From contig OX597843.1 in assembly GCA_951406725.2 (NCBI GenBank), positions 5,518,001 to 5,582,000 of the forward strand: DNA of 64,000 nt, written 5' to 3'. The stretch is from Octopus vulgaris (taxonomy: Eukaryota). Positions 39,706 through 50,431 of the stretch are shown piece after piece. Position numbers and translations under genes: made by a program. Numbering within the stretch: the first letter of the stretch is position 1; each line of letters begins with the position of its first letter. The notes below the pieces were generated by a model. That model saw only the letters and a program-made list of their open reading frames with translations, ran no database searches and was not told the DNA's origin.

Positions 39706-42048
39706 TATATACCTATGCTGGTGGCACGTAAAAAGCACCCAATACAGAGTGATTGACGTTAGGAAGGACATCCAGCTGTAGAACCATTGCCAAATCAGAC
39801 TGGAGCCTGGTGCAGCCTCATGGCTTCCCAGATCCCGGTCGAACCGTACAACCCATGCTAGCACGGAAAATGGGCGTTAAACGATGATGATGATGAATAT
39901 ATTTCTACATGCACATACATATATATATATATATCTACATATACTTACAGACACATATACATAGATACATATCTACACACACACACATATACATACACAC
40001 ACGCACATATATGTAAATATATATATATATATATTTACACATACACACAGTTGCTAGGGGCACTGCCCCCACCACCTCCATGTTCTTTCCTGTTGGTTAA
40101 GGAAGGACTAGAAGAATATGAAGACATGGGGCAGGGGGCGGGGAGGTGGTGGAGTGTATAAGAGGGTGGAGGGGTCTGAAGTCAAGGAAAGATTTAATTA
40201 TTTTGGTCCAACCACCACCACCACCACCACCACCACCACCACCACCGCCACCGCCGCCGCCACCACCACCACCACGCCCGCCTTCTCTTTCTCCTCCTTG
40301 GCCTCGCCATATCCTGCTATCCCTCCACCGTCCCCACCTGATTACATCAACATAGTAATGTGCACACACATACACACATGCATTAATGACGGGGGGGGGC
40401 TCCTGGCGTTCACAGATACCAGAGGTTGTCAAATTGAAAGGTTAGGAGGTCACAAGGTCACAAAGATATACCTCTTCCTTCTCCTCCTCATCATAATGGT
40501 TTCAAATTTTTGCACAAGGCCAGCAAGTGTGGGAGAAGCGAGTAAGTTGATTACATTGACCTCAATGTATGACTGGTATTTATTTTTTATTGACCTCAAA
40601 GTGATGAAAGGCGATGTTGACTTTGGCAGAATTTGAACTCAGAATGTAAAGACAGACGAAATACCTATTTCTTTACTACCCACAAGGGGCTAACACAGAG
40701 GGGACAAACAAGGACAGACAAACGGATTAAGTCGATTATATTGACCCCAGTGTGTAACTGGTCCTTAATTTATCGACCCCGAAAGGATGAAAGGCAAAGT
40801 CGGCCTCGGCGGAATTTGAACTCAGAACGTAGCGGCAGAGGAAATACCTATTTCTTTACTACCCACAAGGGGCTAACACAGAGGGGACAAACAAGGACAG
40901 ACAAACGGATTAAGTTGATTATATCGACCTCAGTGCATAACTGGTACTTATTTAATCGACCCCGAAACTTTTCATCGTTTGCATGGAGTCATCAATCATC
41001 ATCATCATCAGTCATCATCGTTAATCATCTTCCTCCTCCTCATCATTGTCATTTTAATGTTCACTTTCCCATGCATGCATGGGGCAGACAGAATTTACTG
41101 AAGCAGATTTTCTTCGGCAGGATGCTCTTCCTGTCTTCAACCCTCTATTAGGGATAAAATGTCGAAGGGAATGAAAAATAAAAACATTTACCATCAAATA
41201 TATATATATATATTTACACATACACACACATCATCATCATCATCATCCTTTAGCGTCCGTTTTCCGTGCTAGCATGGGTTGGACGGTTCGACCGGGGGTC
41301 TGGGAAGCCAGAAGGCTGCACCAGGCTCCAGTCTTATCTGGCAATGTTTCTACAGCTGGATGCCCTTCCTAACGCCAACCACTCCGTGAGTGTAGTGGGT
41401 GCTTTTAACGTACCACCAGTCCAGGGGACAGACGGGGCTGGCAAACGGCCACGATCGGATGGTGCTTTTTATGTGCCACCAGCACAGGGGACAGACGGGG
41501 CTGGCAAACGGCCACGATCGGATGGTGCTTTTTATGTGCCACCAGCACAGGGGACAGACGGGGCTGGCAAACGGCCACGATCGGATGGTGCTTTTTATGT
41601 GCCACTGGCACATATATATATATACAATCAATAAATGTGAATGGAACTAGCAAAATAGGGAGACCCGGATAGGCATGAGATTGAATGGTTAAGGCTGACC
41701 TCAGACCCTGAGCTTAATGGAAGAGAAGACAAAGGACCAGGATCTCTGGCAATATGAAATTCTTGGGTCTTTTAAAGAATCTCATATTGCCAGAGATCCT
41801 ACATACCTACATATATATAAATATATATATTTAAAGAGAGAGAGAGAGAGAGAGGAGTGGGGGAAGGAATAAAATATAAATAGAATTTTAACAGGTGTGA
41901 AAGGCCTTACCTGGTCCAGTTCCAAGAACTGTGCCTGCCTGCCGTTCATAGTAACGGCCACTTTACGGATGTTCTCCGATGCAGGGCGGGTTGTCCTGAT
42001 AGACGTCCGTGAAGACGGTAATACGGAACTGCTTCCTCCTAAGTCCAT
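11661..42048 (-). CDS. ELMO: ELMO (engulfment and cell motility protein, CED-12 family), spliced gene span; 20 coding exons listed individually
   Basis: Spliced translation is collinear with ELMO1/2 recalled from memory: N-terminal KVAV..FLELDQ, ARM region [29 protein letters not shown] domain PPG.LALD.MLYFAK and WKEMRAT.EDF.K, PH domain, and C-terminal [24 protein letters not shown]. All intact introns are GT-AG and phases match. Confidence 0.97.
12699..12734 (-). ncRNA. Decayed minimal hammerhead (Penelope pLTR type)
   Basis: CUUU CUGAAGA G GAGC AUAC GCUC AAAA UGUC AAAG; GAAA has become AAAA. Confidence 0.55.
12848..12973 (-). CDS. ELMO: ELMO exon 19 ([12 protein letters not shown]...[15 protein letters not shown])
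   Basis: 126 nt, tttgcag/gtaata; WTDG.NALL end of PH domain. Confidence 0.96.
13510..13580 (-). CDS. ELMO: ELMO exon 18 ([23 protein letters not shown])
   Basis: 71 nt, attgcag/gtgagt; DIK..V.GKDC.H.KE motif. Confidence 0.96.
13699..14160 (+). mobile_element. RTE-like LINE 3' fragment with (GAT)n tail
   Basis: [11 protein letters not shown]...[11 protein letters not shown] motif of the post-RT region; frameshift near the end. Confidence 0.85.
15124..15222 (-). CDS. ELMO: ELMO exon 17 ([32 protein letters not shown])
   Basis: 99 nt, tttttcag/gtatgt; L.PN.K..HYGD motif. Confidence 0.96.
16203..16522 (+). mobile_element. tRNA-derived SINE family C (inverted copy at ~52240-52558; relative at ~7757-8050)
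   Basis: GTGGCTTAGTGGTTAG A box, GAGTTCGATTCCC B box, TCCTTGAGCAAGACACTT core. Confidence 0.88.
17803..17921 (-). CDS. ELMO: ELMO exon 16 ([39 protein letters not shown])
   Basis: 119 nt, tccacag/gtaaaa; start of PH domain. Confidence 0.96.
19064..19233 (-). CDS. ELMO: ELMO exon 15 ([13 protein letters not shown]...WESQAEPI)
   Basis: 170 nt, cccgtag/gtaagt. Confidence 0.96.
19798..19934 (-). CDS. ELMO: ELMO exon 14 ([22 protein letters not shown]...[13 protein letters not shown])
   Basis: 137 nt, tttccag/gtttgt. Confidence 0.97.
20110..20435. mobile_element. (TA)n-embedded fold-back element, structured family copy B
   Basis: Arms ~20196-20310 and ~20320-20435 inverted. Confidence 0.78.
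20682..21078 (+). mobile_element. tRNA-derived CORE-like SINE family A (representative; others at ~4906-5262, 14530-14930, 22083-22318, 23618-24208, 24462-24866, 38526-38855, 49697-50092, 51279-51714, 54118-54477)
   Basis: A/B-box-like head GGAGTGGCTGTGTGG...GGTTCAGTCCC, ACCTTGGGCAAGT core, internal (TA)/(TG) tract, tail actgaaacaagtaaaaga. Confidence 0.9.
21642..21750 (-). CDS. ELMO: ELMO exon 13 ([36 protein letters not shown])
   Basis: 109 nt, ttccag/gtaagt. Confidence 0.97.
21891..21953 (-). ncRNA. Type I hammerhead ribozyme-like motif in a Penelope-like repeat fragment
   Basis: Minus strand: GGAUAA CUGAAGA GAUG..CAUC C GAAA CUC A GAG UU UUAUCU; conserved core, stem I GGAUAA/UUAUCU, short stem III, GUU triplet; one extra C at the base of stem II. 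Confidence 0.7.
23057..23410. repeat. (GAA)n tract starting just downstream of the ELMO exon 12 donor
   Basis: Direct inspection. Confidence 0.95.
23425..23529 (-). CDS. ELMO: ELMO exon 12 ([35 protein letters not shown])
   Basis: 105 nt, tttttcag/gtgagt. Confidence 0.97.
25604..25738 (-). CDS. ELMO: ELMO exon 11 ([17 protein letters not shown]...DAKKLGFT)
   Basis: 135 nt, gttgcag/gtcagt; ELR.IAFD and KKLGF motifs. Confidence 0.96.
25775..27165. repeat. 28-bp minisatellite (GGGTACATTGTTATGTCAGGGTACAACT) with higher-order blocks, in ELMO intron 10
   Basis: Direct inspection; repeated ORF translations recur at a 298-nt offset. Confidence 0.95.
27401..27520 (-). CDS. ELMO: ELMO exon 10 ([40 protein letters not shown])
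   Basis: 120 nt, ttccag/gtgagt; INN.MAHQL.VLQ motif. Confidence 0.96.
28375..28425 (-). CDS. ELMO: ELMO exon 9 ([17 protein letters not shown])
   Basis: 51 nt, cttgcag/gtaagt. Confidence 0.94.
28589..28807. mobile_element. piggyBac-like MITE (TTAA TSD) inserted in a SINE; partial copies at 1-60, ~10715-10934, ~61300-61480
   Basis: TTAA-CCCTTTAG ... CTAAAGGG-TTAA. Confidence 0.82.
29681..29765 (-). CDS. ELMO: ELMO exon 8 ([28 protein letters not shown])
   Basis: 85 nt, cctctag/gtgagt; IAVINAL motif. Confidence 0.95.
29836..30755 (-). repeat. Tandem array of ~5 SINE-A head modules separated by (TA)n
   Basis: Repeated cgacgggcttctttcagtttccatctacc...cagccactccta units. Confidence 0.88.
30783..32060. 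repeat. Large (AAT/GAT)n tracts on both sides of the damaged ELMO exon and an AAT-tailed repeat (~31451-31690)
   Basis: Direct inspection. Confidence 0.95.
31690..31775 (-). pseudogene. ELMO: ELMO exon 7 remnant: frameshifted/truncated, no donor visible
   Basis: Acceptor ttattgcag then GTGGCA (VA), then in another frame [11 protein letters not shown] (cf. SILQRSLAIL) and an ITH..LQ-like piece; runs into a repeat without a GT donor. Lower boundary approximate. Confidence 0.6.
32092..33290 (+). mobile_element. 5'-truncated R4/Dong-clade (RLE-type) non-LTR retrotransposon; open C-terminal ORF to 33085 plus 3'UTR, embedded in (AAT)n
   Basis: LHGKY, AAQDQ, CCHC knuckle CRFC..DHLISGC, RHD, KPDIV..LID..IP..K..KY restriction-like endonuclease, PVIVGALG; (AAT)n on both sides. 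Confidence 0.92.
33559..33658 (-). CDS. ELMO: ELMO exon 6 ([33 protein letters not shown])
   Basis: 100 nt, cttgcag/gtaagc. Confidence 0.96.
34548..34778 (+). mobile_element. tRNA-derived SINE family B (representative; others at ~4563-4770, 12050-12270, 16940-17112, 40630-40968, 49150-49316)
   Basis: GGCGGCGAGCTGGCAGAA head, GAGTTCAAATTCC B box, gtcgactttgcctttcatcctttcggggtcgat body. Confidence 0.88.
34859..35031 (-). CDS. ELMO: ELMO exon 5 ([11 protein letters not shown]...[23 protein letters not shown])
   Basis: 173 nt, ccaccag/gtaagg; phase 0 to 2. Confidence 0.95.
35133..35628. mobile_element. Tc1/pogo-type MITE with TA TSD; partial related copy at ~48740-48960
   Basis: TA-CTGTAAATCCTCGAGTATA ... 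TATACTCGAGGATTTACCG-TA. Confidence 0.8.
35802..35852 (-). CDS. ELMO: ELMO exon 4 ([17 protein letters not shown])
   Basis: 51 nt, ttttatag/gtaagt; resembles NRNEIKNGTILRLTTSP. Confidence 0.95.
35993..36263 (-). mobile_element. RTE (BovB-like) LINE 3' fragment
   Basis: [18 protein letters not shown]...R.RGRP...W.D.....A.DR..WR signature; short GAA tail. Confidence 0.88.
36555..37012 (-). mobile_element. (GAT)n-tailed retroposon family D with variable internal GTGGCACGTAAAAAGCACC modules (others at ~485-1070, 5470-5876, 17150-17478, 18015-18412, 18700-18962, 25150-25420, 33980-34492, 37578-37828, 39050-39897, 41230-41612)
   Basis: Shared ggttggcgttaggaagggcatccagc...ccaacccatgctagcatgga..cggacgttaaacgatgatgat 3' end. 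Confidence 0.88.
37044..37119 (-). CDS. ELMO: ELMO exon 3 ([25 protein letters not shown])
   Basis: 76 nt, ctctcag/gtaagg; phase 2 to 0. Confidence 0.95.
38131..38171 (-). CDS. ELMO: ELMO exon 2 ([14 protein letters not shown])
   Basis: 41 nt, ttttgcag/gtgagt; resembles KKPLSAIIKEVCDG. Confidence 0.92.
41911..42048 (-). CDS. ELMO: ELMO coding exon 1 (MDLGGSS...[22 protein letters not shown]); the exon probably extends as 5'UTR to an acceptor at 42147
   Basis: 138 nt, donor GTAAGG; upstream acceptor ctctttttcag; resembles ELMO DIVKVAIEW..LMEIDQ. Confidence 0.9.
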
Positions 42049-42388
42049 CTTGGGTTTTTTTTCGATTCACCAGGCCGGGAGAGTGAGAGTGAGAGGATGA
42101 GTGTGAAGGGGCGTGAGTGCGAGTGCAAGTGGGGTCCAGTACTAAGTCTGAAAAAGAGACGAGAAGGGTTAAAGTTACAACGTGATATTTACGAGGGGAG
42201 GGGCTGCTGAAAAGAAAATACAAGAGGACCAGTTAATTGGGATTTTATTCAACATACTCCCCTCTCAAATTCCTACACTTATTGCAGTGGTCCTTCAGTT
42301 TTTCCGAGCCCTGTAAAGGGCTTGGAAAATTGGACCTCTAACCAGGCCTTTTGTAACACCCTTAAAGCCAGGAACTATATATATATAT

Positions 42389-42646
42389 ATCGTGACGTAT
42401 ATTTGCCATTTAAATATGGCTAACCCCTAAGGATGGATGCTACTGTAGTTTGTAGCCCCAGGAGGACACCTCCTGTAACTGTCTTCAGACACACTTTCTG
42501 TCCCTTATCAGTATTTGCAAATACTGATAAGGGACAGAAAGTGTGTCTGAAGCCAGCTGGAGAAGGTGTCCTCCTGGGGCTACAAACTACAGTAACATCC
42601 ACCCTTAGGGGTTAGCCATATTTAAATGGCAAATATATGTCACGAT
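42389..42646. repeat. Near-perfect 258-bp palindrome with no spacer, next to (TA)n
   Basis: Centre TTTG|CAAA at 42517/42518; arms are reverse complements with few mismatches. Confidence 0.95.
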
Positions 42647-42688
42647 GTGTTGCAGCTACTGTTTATAACTCACTCTAAGATTTATTAT

Positions 42689-42733
<45 letters not shown>

Positions 42734-42735
<2 letters not shown>

Positions 42736-43010
42736 GGGTGCATAAGATATTTGAGGACAGATTTATGTTTATAAAAAACAGCTATATAATAACAGATAAT
42801 TTTATTTATCAAAAAATGCTATGGGGATAAAAATAAACCTTCTTTTCTAAAATGTTATTCAATAAAGCCACCTTCAGCTTCAATAACTGCTTCTATATGA
42901 GATCTAAATGATCTACATGCTGAAATCAAGTGGTCCTGGTTCATTTTGGACATTACTCTGACTATGGCAGCTTTCAAAGAATATTTGGTATTATGGACAC
43001 ATTCATTGAC
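42734..43010 (-). mobile_element. Tc1/mariner fragment: transposase C-terminus plus terminal repeat
   Basis: Minus strand reads HNTKYSLKAAIVRVMSKMNQDHLISACRSFRSHIEAVIEAEGGFIE*; CAGGGTG terminus. Confidence 0.8.
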
Positions 43011-43172
43011 AACCGATGCTGGTGTGTTTACGTCCCTGTAACTTAGCGGTTCGGCAAAAGAAACCGATAGAATAAGTACTAGGGTCGATTTGCTCGACTA
43101 AAAGGCGGTGTTCCAGCATGGCCGCAGTCAAATGACTGAAATAAGTAAAAGACCGAAAAAATACACACACAC

Positions 43173-43203
<31 letters not shown>

Positions 43204-43217
43204 TGTGTGTAGGGAAA

Positions 43218-43614
43218 TCTTTATATATAAAAGAGAGGTTGTGTGTCTGTCTCCTACGATTTAGATTCTTAACTACTCCCACATTTTGCGGTGCAGTTTA
43301 ACCCCAACCGGGTATCTTATAGTCGTGATTCATATCGAGCCCGTCTGGGTATTAGCGCGCGTCTACGATGAGTCTACGATTTAAAAAATAATTTACCATA
43401 ATTTTTTTTCCATTTTAATGCATTTTTTCGCTATTATATAAGGGAAGTAACTTTAAAAATGTCTACGATGAGTCAACGATTTAAAAAAAATTTACCATCA
43501 TTTTTTTTTTTCATTTTTAAGGCATTTTTTGCTATTTTTTGGCTATAACTTTCTAAAAATGCTTATATAGTTATTTCCCTTACAAACCCGAGCAACGCCG
43601 GGCGATACTGCTAG
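43218..43614 (+). mobile_element. Non-autonomous Helitron (same 3' end family)
   Basis: A|TC...acaaacccgagcaacgccgggcgatactgCTAG|T. Confidence 0.82.
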
Positions 43615-43939
43615 TACATATATAAGCGGGGAAATTCCAGAGGTGCCATTTCCTTGCCACACGATCTCGGAAATCAGAAGTAGGACGTTTATTGCGTTGA
43701 TTTAAAATAAGCTCCAGGATGTTAATAATGAGTTTTTGGCACAAAAGGATGTTCACTTCGAATTGTTTCTGCTTCCTTTTCTTTTAATATTATTTGTTTT
43801 AATTAAAAGCGACGGTGACAGACTGGTGTGTAATTGACGTGTCTGTATGTATCTTGGTGTAAACATAGGGAGAAAGGTAGATGGTTAGAAAGAGACAACT
43901 ATAAAGATAGATAAGAGGATATGTACTAATAAATAGAAT

Positions 43940-43986
<47 letters not shown>

Positions 43987-44039
43987 TAGAGAGAGGGGGA
44001 TAAGATAGAGACAGATAAACAGACAGACAGATAGATCGT

Positions 44040-44080
<41 letters not shown>

Positions 44081-44131
44081 GGATAGAGATGAATTATATA
44101 TATAGACAGACAAATAGATAGATAGATAGAC

Positions 44132-44193
<62 letters not shown>

Positions 44194-44279
44194 GCAGATA
44201 GATAGATAGATAGATAGATAGAGGGAGAGAGAGAGAGGGAGAGATAGATAGATAGATAGATAGATAGACAGACAGATAT

Positions 44280-44312
<33 letters not shown>

Positions 44313-44689
44313 TAGAAAGACAGATAGATAGATAGATAGATAGATAGACAGACAGATAGATAGATGGGGAGATAGAGAGATAGATAACAAGATAGATAGG
44401 TGTAGATTGATAAACTAGAAAGAGATGACATGTACAGATCGTCCTTAAAAAAAGAAAAAGGGGATGGATATACAGAGCAAGGGAGAAAATGGTTGGTACG
44501 CCCTTAAAATATTAAACTGGATCGTTTCATAAGAGATTTAACGTGACTTTCTGACTAACAACAGCATGGAAAGCATCAGCTGAGTAAATAACTAAATATA
44601 GAGACTTTTAGAAGTACACACACACACACAAACATATATATGTATATACATACATATATATACGCATATATATATATATAATAAATCTT

Positions 44690-44957
44690 AGGGTAGCAAA
44701 AATTTTTTAGAAGAATTCTTTGCTACCAGTGGTCTAACGAGAGGAAAAAATTAGTCAATTAATTATATATTATTGATATAAAAATTTAAACATATAAGGG
44801 GTACATTTAAACATATAAGAGATGGCCATAACAGGACATCTGACTCGCTAGAAAGAGTAGTTAAACTAGTGGTTTGTAGTTTAACTACTCTTTCTAGCGA
44901 GTCAGATGTCCTGTTAGGGCCATCTCTTATGTGTCTATATGTACACTGCATTTATAC

Positions 44958-44988
<31 letters not shown>

Positions 44989-45047
44989 TGTCCTGTTAGG
45001 GCCATCTCTTATGTGTCTATATGTACACTGCATTTATATATATATAC

Positions 45048-45078
<31 letters not shown>

Positions 45079-45125
45079 AATGCAGTGTACATATAGACAC
45101 ATAAGAGATGGCCCTAACAGGACAT
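44690..45125. mobile_element. (TA)n-embedded fold-back element, structured family copy C with extra inverted pieces
   Basis: Arms ~44812-44867 and ~44877-44935; further copies at ~44990-45035 and ~45077-45125. Confidence 0.72.
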
Positions 45126-45137
45126 ATATATACAAAC

Positions 45138-45192
<55 letters not shown>

Positions 45193-45645
45193 CGTACACA
45201 TACATATATACGTACATAGATGCGCACAATATACATACATAGCCAGACACACACACATATATACATACATGTATATATATATATATATATGTACATACAG
45301 ACGTACATACGTGCGCACACCTATATATACTGCACACATATATACACGTACATACACATTTAGGCACACACACACATTAAAATTTTAAAAAATCAGTTCA
45401 CAATTTACATCCGTTCCTACGACGGGACAGCCTTTATGCGTTCAAGCGATCGCGAGAAATAGCAGCCAAAATTACATGAAATGAGAAGCCGCACCTTGCC
45501 ACACTTGTGTTTATAACTGATATAATTCGGGGATATGTGAGTAAACTTGAGAGCCACGACCGGATCGACTGTAATCATAGAATTATAGGTCGTCTTCTCA
45601 TTCAAGGCTGGATCTTGCTCTAAACACACGCGCACAAATATACAT

Positions 45646-45714
<69 letters not shown>

Positions 45715-45721
45715 CACACAT

Positions 45722-45766
<45 letters not shown>

Positions 45767-45905
45767 TATATATATATACACACACATATATATATATACA
45801 CACACACATATATATATATACACACACATATATGTATACACACACATATATATATATATACACACACATATATGTATATACACACACACATATATATATA
45901 CACAC

Positions 45906-45965
<60 letters not shown>

Positions 45966-46416
45966 TGCGCTGTTCCTCTGTGGGGAGAGCGTAAATGTGT
46001 TCAGTCGATCGCTAGAAATAGCAGCCAGAATTACGTTAAATAAATCAAGAAGGCTATAATCTTAAAGTTGATAAAGTCTGGGACGGACTTCAGCGATGAG
46101 TGGCCCATACAAGTCAGAATTCTCCCCATTGCCACACTCAAGCAAAATAAAATGATTTATGAATATATTTCGGGCGTAGGAAAAAAAAATGTTAGCACTA
46201 CGTACGATAATCAACCAAAATCGGCCCGGGGGGAAGAAAATATTATTCTTCGAAAATTTTTTTTTGACAAACAGATGCTCACCATCATATCCAAGGGTCC
46301 GGTGAAAATAAAGTCGGAAAATTCCCCATCAAAACAGAGGGATTCCAACTTGTATGTACCAACTATATATATATATATATACATATATATACATATACTC
46401 CAGTTTATATATAGGC

Positions 46417-46484
<68 letters not shown>

Positions 46485-46605
46485 GGATGGATGGATGGAT
46501 GGATCCAACTTGTATGTGCCAACTATATATATACATATATACACATATACTCCAGTTTATATATAGGTAGATAGATAGATGGATGGATGGATGGATAGCT
46601 GGATT

Positions 46606-46642
<37 letters not shown>

Positions 46643-47776
46643 GTAGATGGATGGATAGAGGGATGGATGGATAGCTGGATTGATAGATTGATAGATAGAT
46701 AGATAGATGGGTGCATGGATGCATGGATGCACGGATGCATGGATAGATAGTTTGATAGATAGATAGATAAATAGATAGATCCAACTTGTATGTGTCAAAT
46801 ATGTATATACATATATACACATATACTCCAGTTTATAGACAGATAGATAGATAGATAGATAGATGGATAGATAGACAAATAGATAAAGCAAAAAACATAA
46901 TTAAATGCTATAAAGTTCATAATTAACCAGGAAACGATACTCACAGATAGACAAGTGCGTGAAACTAAAAAAAACAACTATGAAAGCAGGAAGTAAACAA
47001 TTAAGAGGGGACAATTCTTGTTGGACCGTAATAAACAACAGTGGGGAATTTTAAATGTTGCACCGGTTATTCCAATTAACTTTAGCTTGTTTGAGTGATT
47101 GGATGGCGGCCTTGCTGGAGCACTGGCAGAGCCTTAATTGAATAAATCCACTTCAGTTTCTATTGGGGGTTGATGCTTACCTTTAAATCTCGGTCACCAA
47201 AACAAACAATTAAAGAAATAGAAGTATGGAAAGACTTCCGACCCCCCCTTCATTTTCTCTCAAATTTGTTTATTAAAAAAAAAAAAACTTTTGTCAAAAA
47301 TCCCCTTTTTAGGATACGGAGGTTCCCTACCACACGTTTCCTCCACAATTAGAGCCCAGCACTTTTTTTTTTTTAATGCAGCTCTCCTCATCCATACGCA
47401 GCACAAAAATATTGCAGGCATTTTCTCTGAAGGTCTAATGAGTTTGCAAATCTGTTGGGATGATCAGGTTTGGAATGGCGTTAATCAAAGTACCTACTAA
47501 ATCAGGACCGAACACCACAGACGTGACGGAGGGGGTGGTTATCTACACCACCACCATGGCGACAACGCATTCTATGATCTCTCCTTCTCACACATAGAAA
47601 AGCAGCTAAATGTTTGTCACCTCTTCTCCTCTACCACTTTATCATATATATATATATATATATATACCGGAGTAAACACATAAATGTGGAACAAGGTGGA
47701 AAAAAAAGAGTACTCAAATACCAGTGTTAGAGTAATATGCTTTATTTTGTTGAATTTCTGCTGCTTTTAAATAAAG

Positions 47777-47860
<84 letters not shown>

Positions 47861-48135
47861 TTGGAGATGGTGTACAGGTATTTTATATTAGAAGAAATGA
47901 GGTACTCAGAAATCTGGATGGTTTTATATTTACAGATATTTATTTGTATATTACATGGTTTTATAAATCATATATCATATATCAGCGCTTTCGTCCACTC
48001 TAGTAGAGTTGTCAAATGGAACTCAAATAGATTTCAATTATATATATATATATATATATGATTTATAAAAACATGTAACATACTAATAAATATGTGTAAA
48101 TATAAAACCATCCAGATTTCTGAGTACCTCATTTC

Positions 48136-48230
<95 letters not shown>

Positions 48231-49900
48231 GGAACAGTTGGCCGGGTGTCCTTAAAAGACTGAAGCTAACAGACGAACTGGAACTAATTCCAAAGCGGTA
48301 CATAAAAGTCACCCAACACCGTCTCTTGTCCCTTTAACTAAACAGCATGTTGTTAGCAACAATGTCAGAGTGATGCTTTCTCCTTTTTCGGTTTATTTAG
48401 AAGAAAAGGCAACGACAGTTTTCAAAGGGAGCTTTTGTGAGTTCAATACACACCTAATACTATATGTACCTCGATTTATATACATTTATTTGCTTTATAT
48501 TTCTCAAACACAGATCTCTGTTTAAATAGCATTGTCGGCCTTACTAAACCATCATGTCCCACCACCCACTTTGTTTCCTCATATCTTCCACAAATACGGG
48601 TATTTTTTAATGAAATTTTCTACAAACACTTTTCAGATGGTGTAGATTACGATATTGTAATTTAATGCAAAACGATTTGTTCGGAGGTGCAATAAAATAT
48701 AAATATACGTATATATAATCATTCAAGGTCGTACATATACCGCAACTCCTCGAGTATAGTCCGCCCTTGAGTATAATACGCAGGGGATTTTTAGGGGGCT
48801 GTACCTCTGGAAAACCTAAACCTTGTGTATAATACGCACCCCTTCTCTAACTTGAGTTAAGGAGGTCTATATAACGTCCTTGGTTTGTAAAAATGTATAC
48901 GGTTACGTCCTTTATTATTATTGTATACATAACATAATGCAAACGTGTAGCTTTTTTGTGCATTCTGTTTGTTTGGAGGAGGTGCCTGAGGACTTTACTC
49001 CCACCTCATCGACCCTCCCAGGAATATTAGGCAGGAAAAATGGATGAATCACAAGAGAGATTCATCAAGCTGAGCCAACTGCCAGGAGACACGGGTAGTG
49101 TTTTTTAACTGGGGTTCATATGACTTTTGGAGGTCCCATATAAGATTCTGTTGTCTGCTGTCTTTACGTTGTGAGTCCAAATTCCGCTGAGGTCGACTTT
49201 GCCTTTCATCCTTTCGGGGTCGATTAAATAAGTACCAGTTACACACTGGGGCCGATATAATCGACTTAATCCGTTTGTCTGTCCTTGTTTGTCCTCTCTG
49301 TGTTTAGCCCCTTGTGGCCTTGTGCTCCGCTCGCATAACTCTTAAGGGTCATTGAGTCATACAAGCCACAATACCACAACAAAGATGGGGCCTTGTGTTG
49401 GTCACTATAAACGTATCTCCCTATTTCTCCCACCCTTCCAATTTGAGGCCTTGCAGTAATCTAACGAATCCACTTACTTTTTTTCAGAACTCAAATATAC
49501 CTGTGGCTGTTGGACCCTAATTCTGTCAAATGAATCATGTTGCTCTGGACTCAATTGCGGCCCCTTATCCTTAGTCCCATGAATAGACTTCAGCTCCCTA
49601 TTTCCAAGGTAAATTCCTCCTCTTTATACTTGATGTTGTATTAAAAATACATAGATAAATAAATATAAATATGTATAAAAATATATGTAAATATATAGCT
49701 GCAGGAGTGGTAAGTAGCTTGCTTACCAACCACATAGTTCCGGGTTCACCTTGGGCAAGTGTTGCACCTTGGGCAAGTGTCTTCTATTATAGCCTCGGGC
49801 CAACCAAAGCCTTGGGAGTGGATTTGGTAGACGGAAACTGAAAGAAGCCTGTCGTATATATGTATATATATGTATATGTGTGTATATGTTTGTGCGTCTG

Positions 49901-49939
<39 letters not shown>

Positions 49940-50431
49940 TTGTCCCCACCAACCGATGCTGGTGTGTTTATGTAACTTAGCGGTTTGGCAAAAGAGACCG
50001 ATAGAATAATTACTAGGCTTACAAAGAATAAGTCCTGGGGTCGATTTGCTTGACTAAAGGCAGTGCTCCAGCTTGGCCGCAGTCACATGACTGGGTGAAA
50101 TGCTGCTAAACATTTTGTCCATCTTTACTTCCTGAGTTGACTTTGTCTATCATCCCTTTCGGGGCTCAGTAAAATAAGTACCAGTTGAATACTGGGGTGA
50201 ATGTAATCGGCTTGCCCCTGCCCGGAAAATTCCTGCTAGAGTGGACTGCAGGTGCGGGGAAGGGCCCGCAGCAGGTGTTGAGAAGATGAAGGAATTTTGT
50301 GAGAGGTTAGACAACATTTTTGCCTGCTTGTAAGCTGGGGTGGAGTGGGGTTGGGGTTGCGGAGGGCATGGCCATAAAGGACATGAGCGTATGCATGGAT
50401 GGCCACGGTTTGACTTCGCTTGACCTCTCTA

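Noticed and set aside
41400-41610. CRISPR-like repeat-spacer pattern in family D
   Set aside because: Spacers are copies of one another, it lies inside a eukaryotic retroposon, and no cas genes are present.
46011-46023. GCTAGAAATAGCA identical to part of the engineered Cas9 sgRNA scaffold
   Set aside because: Short match to an artificial tetraloop; the flanks differ and the motif is an endogenous repeat.
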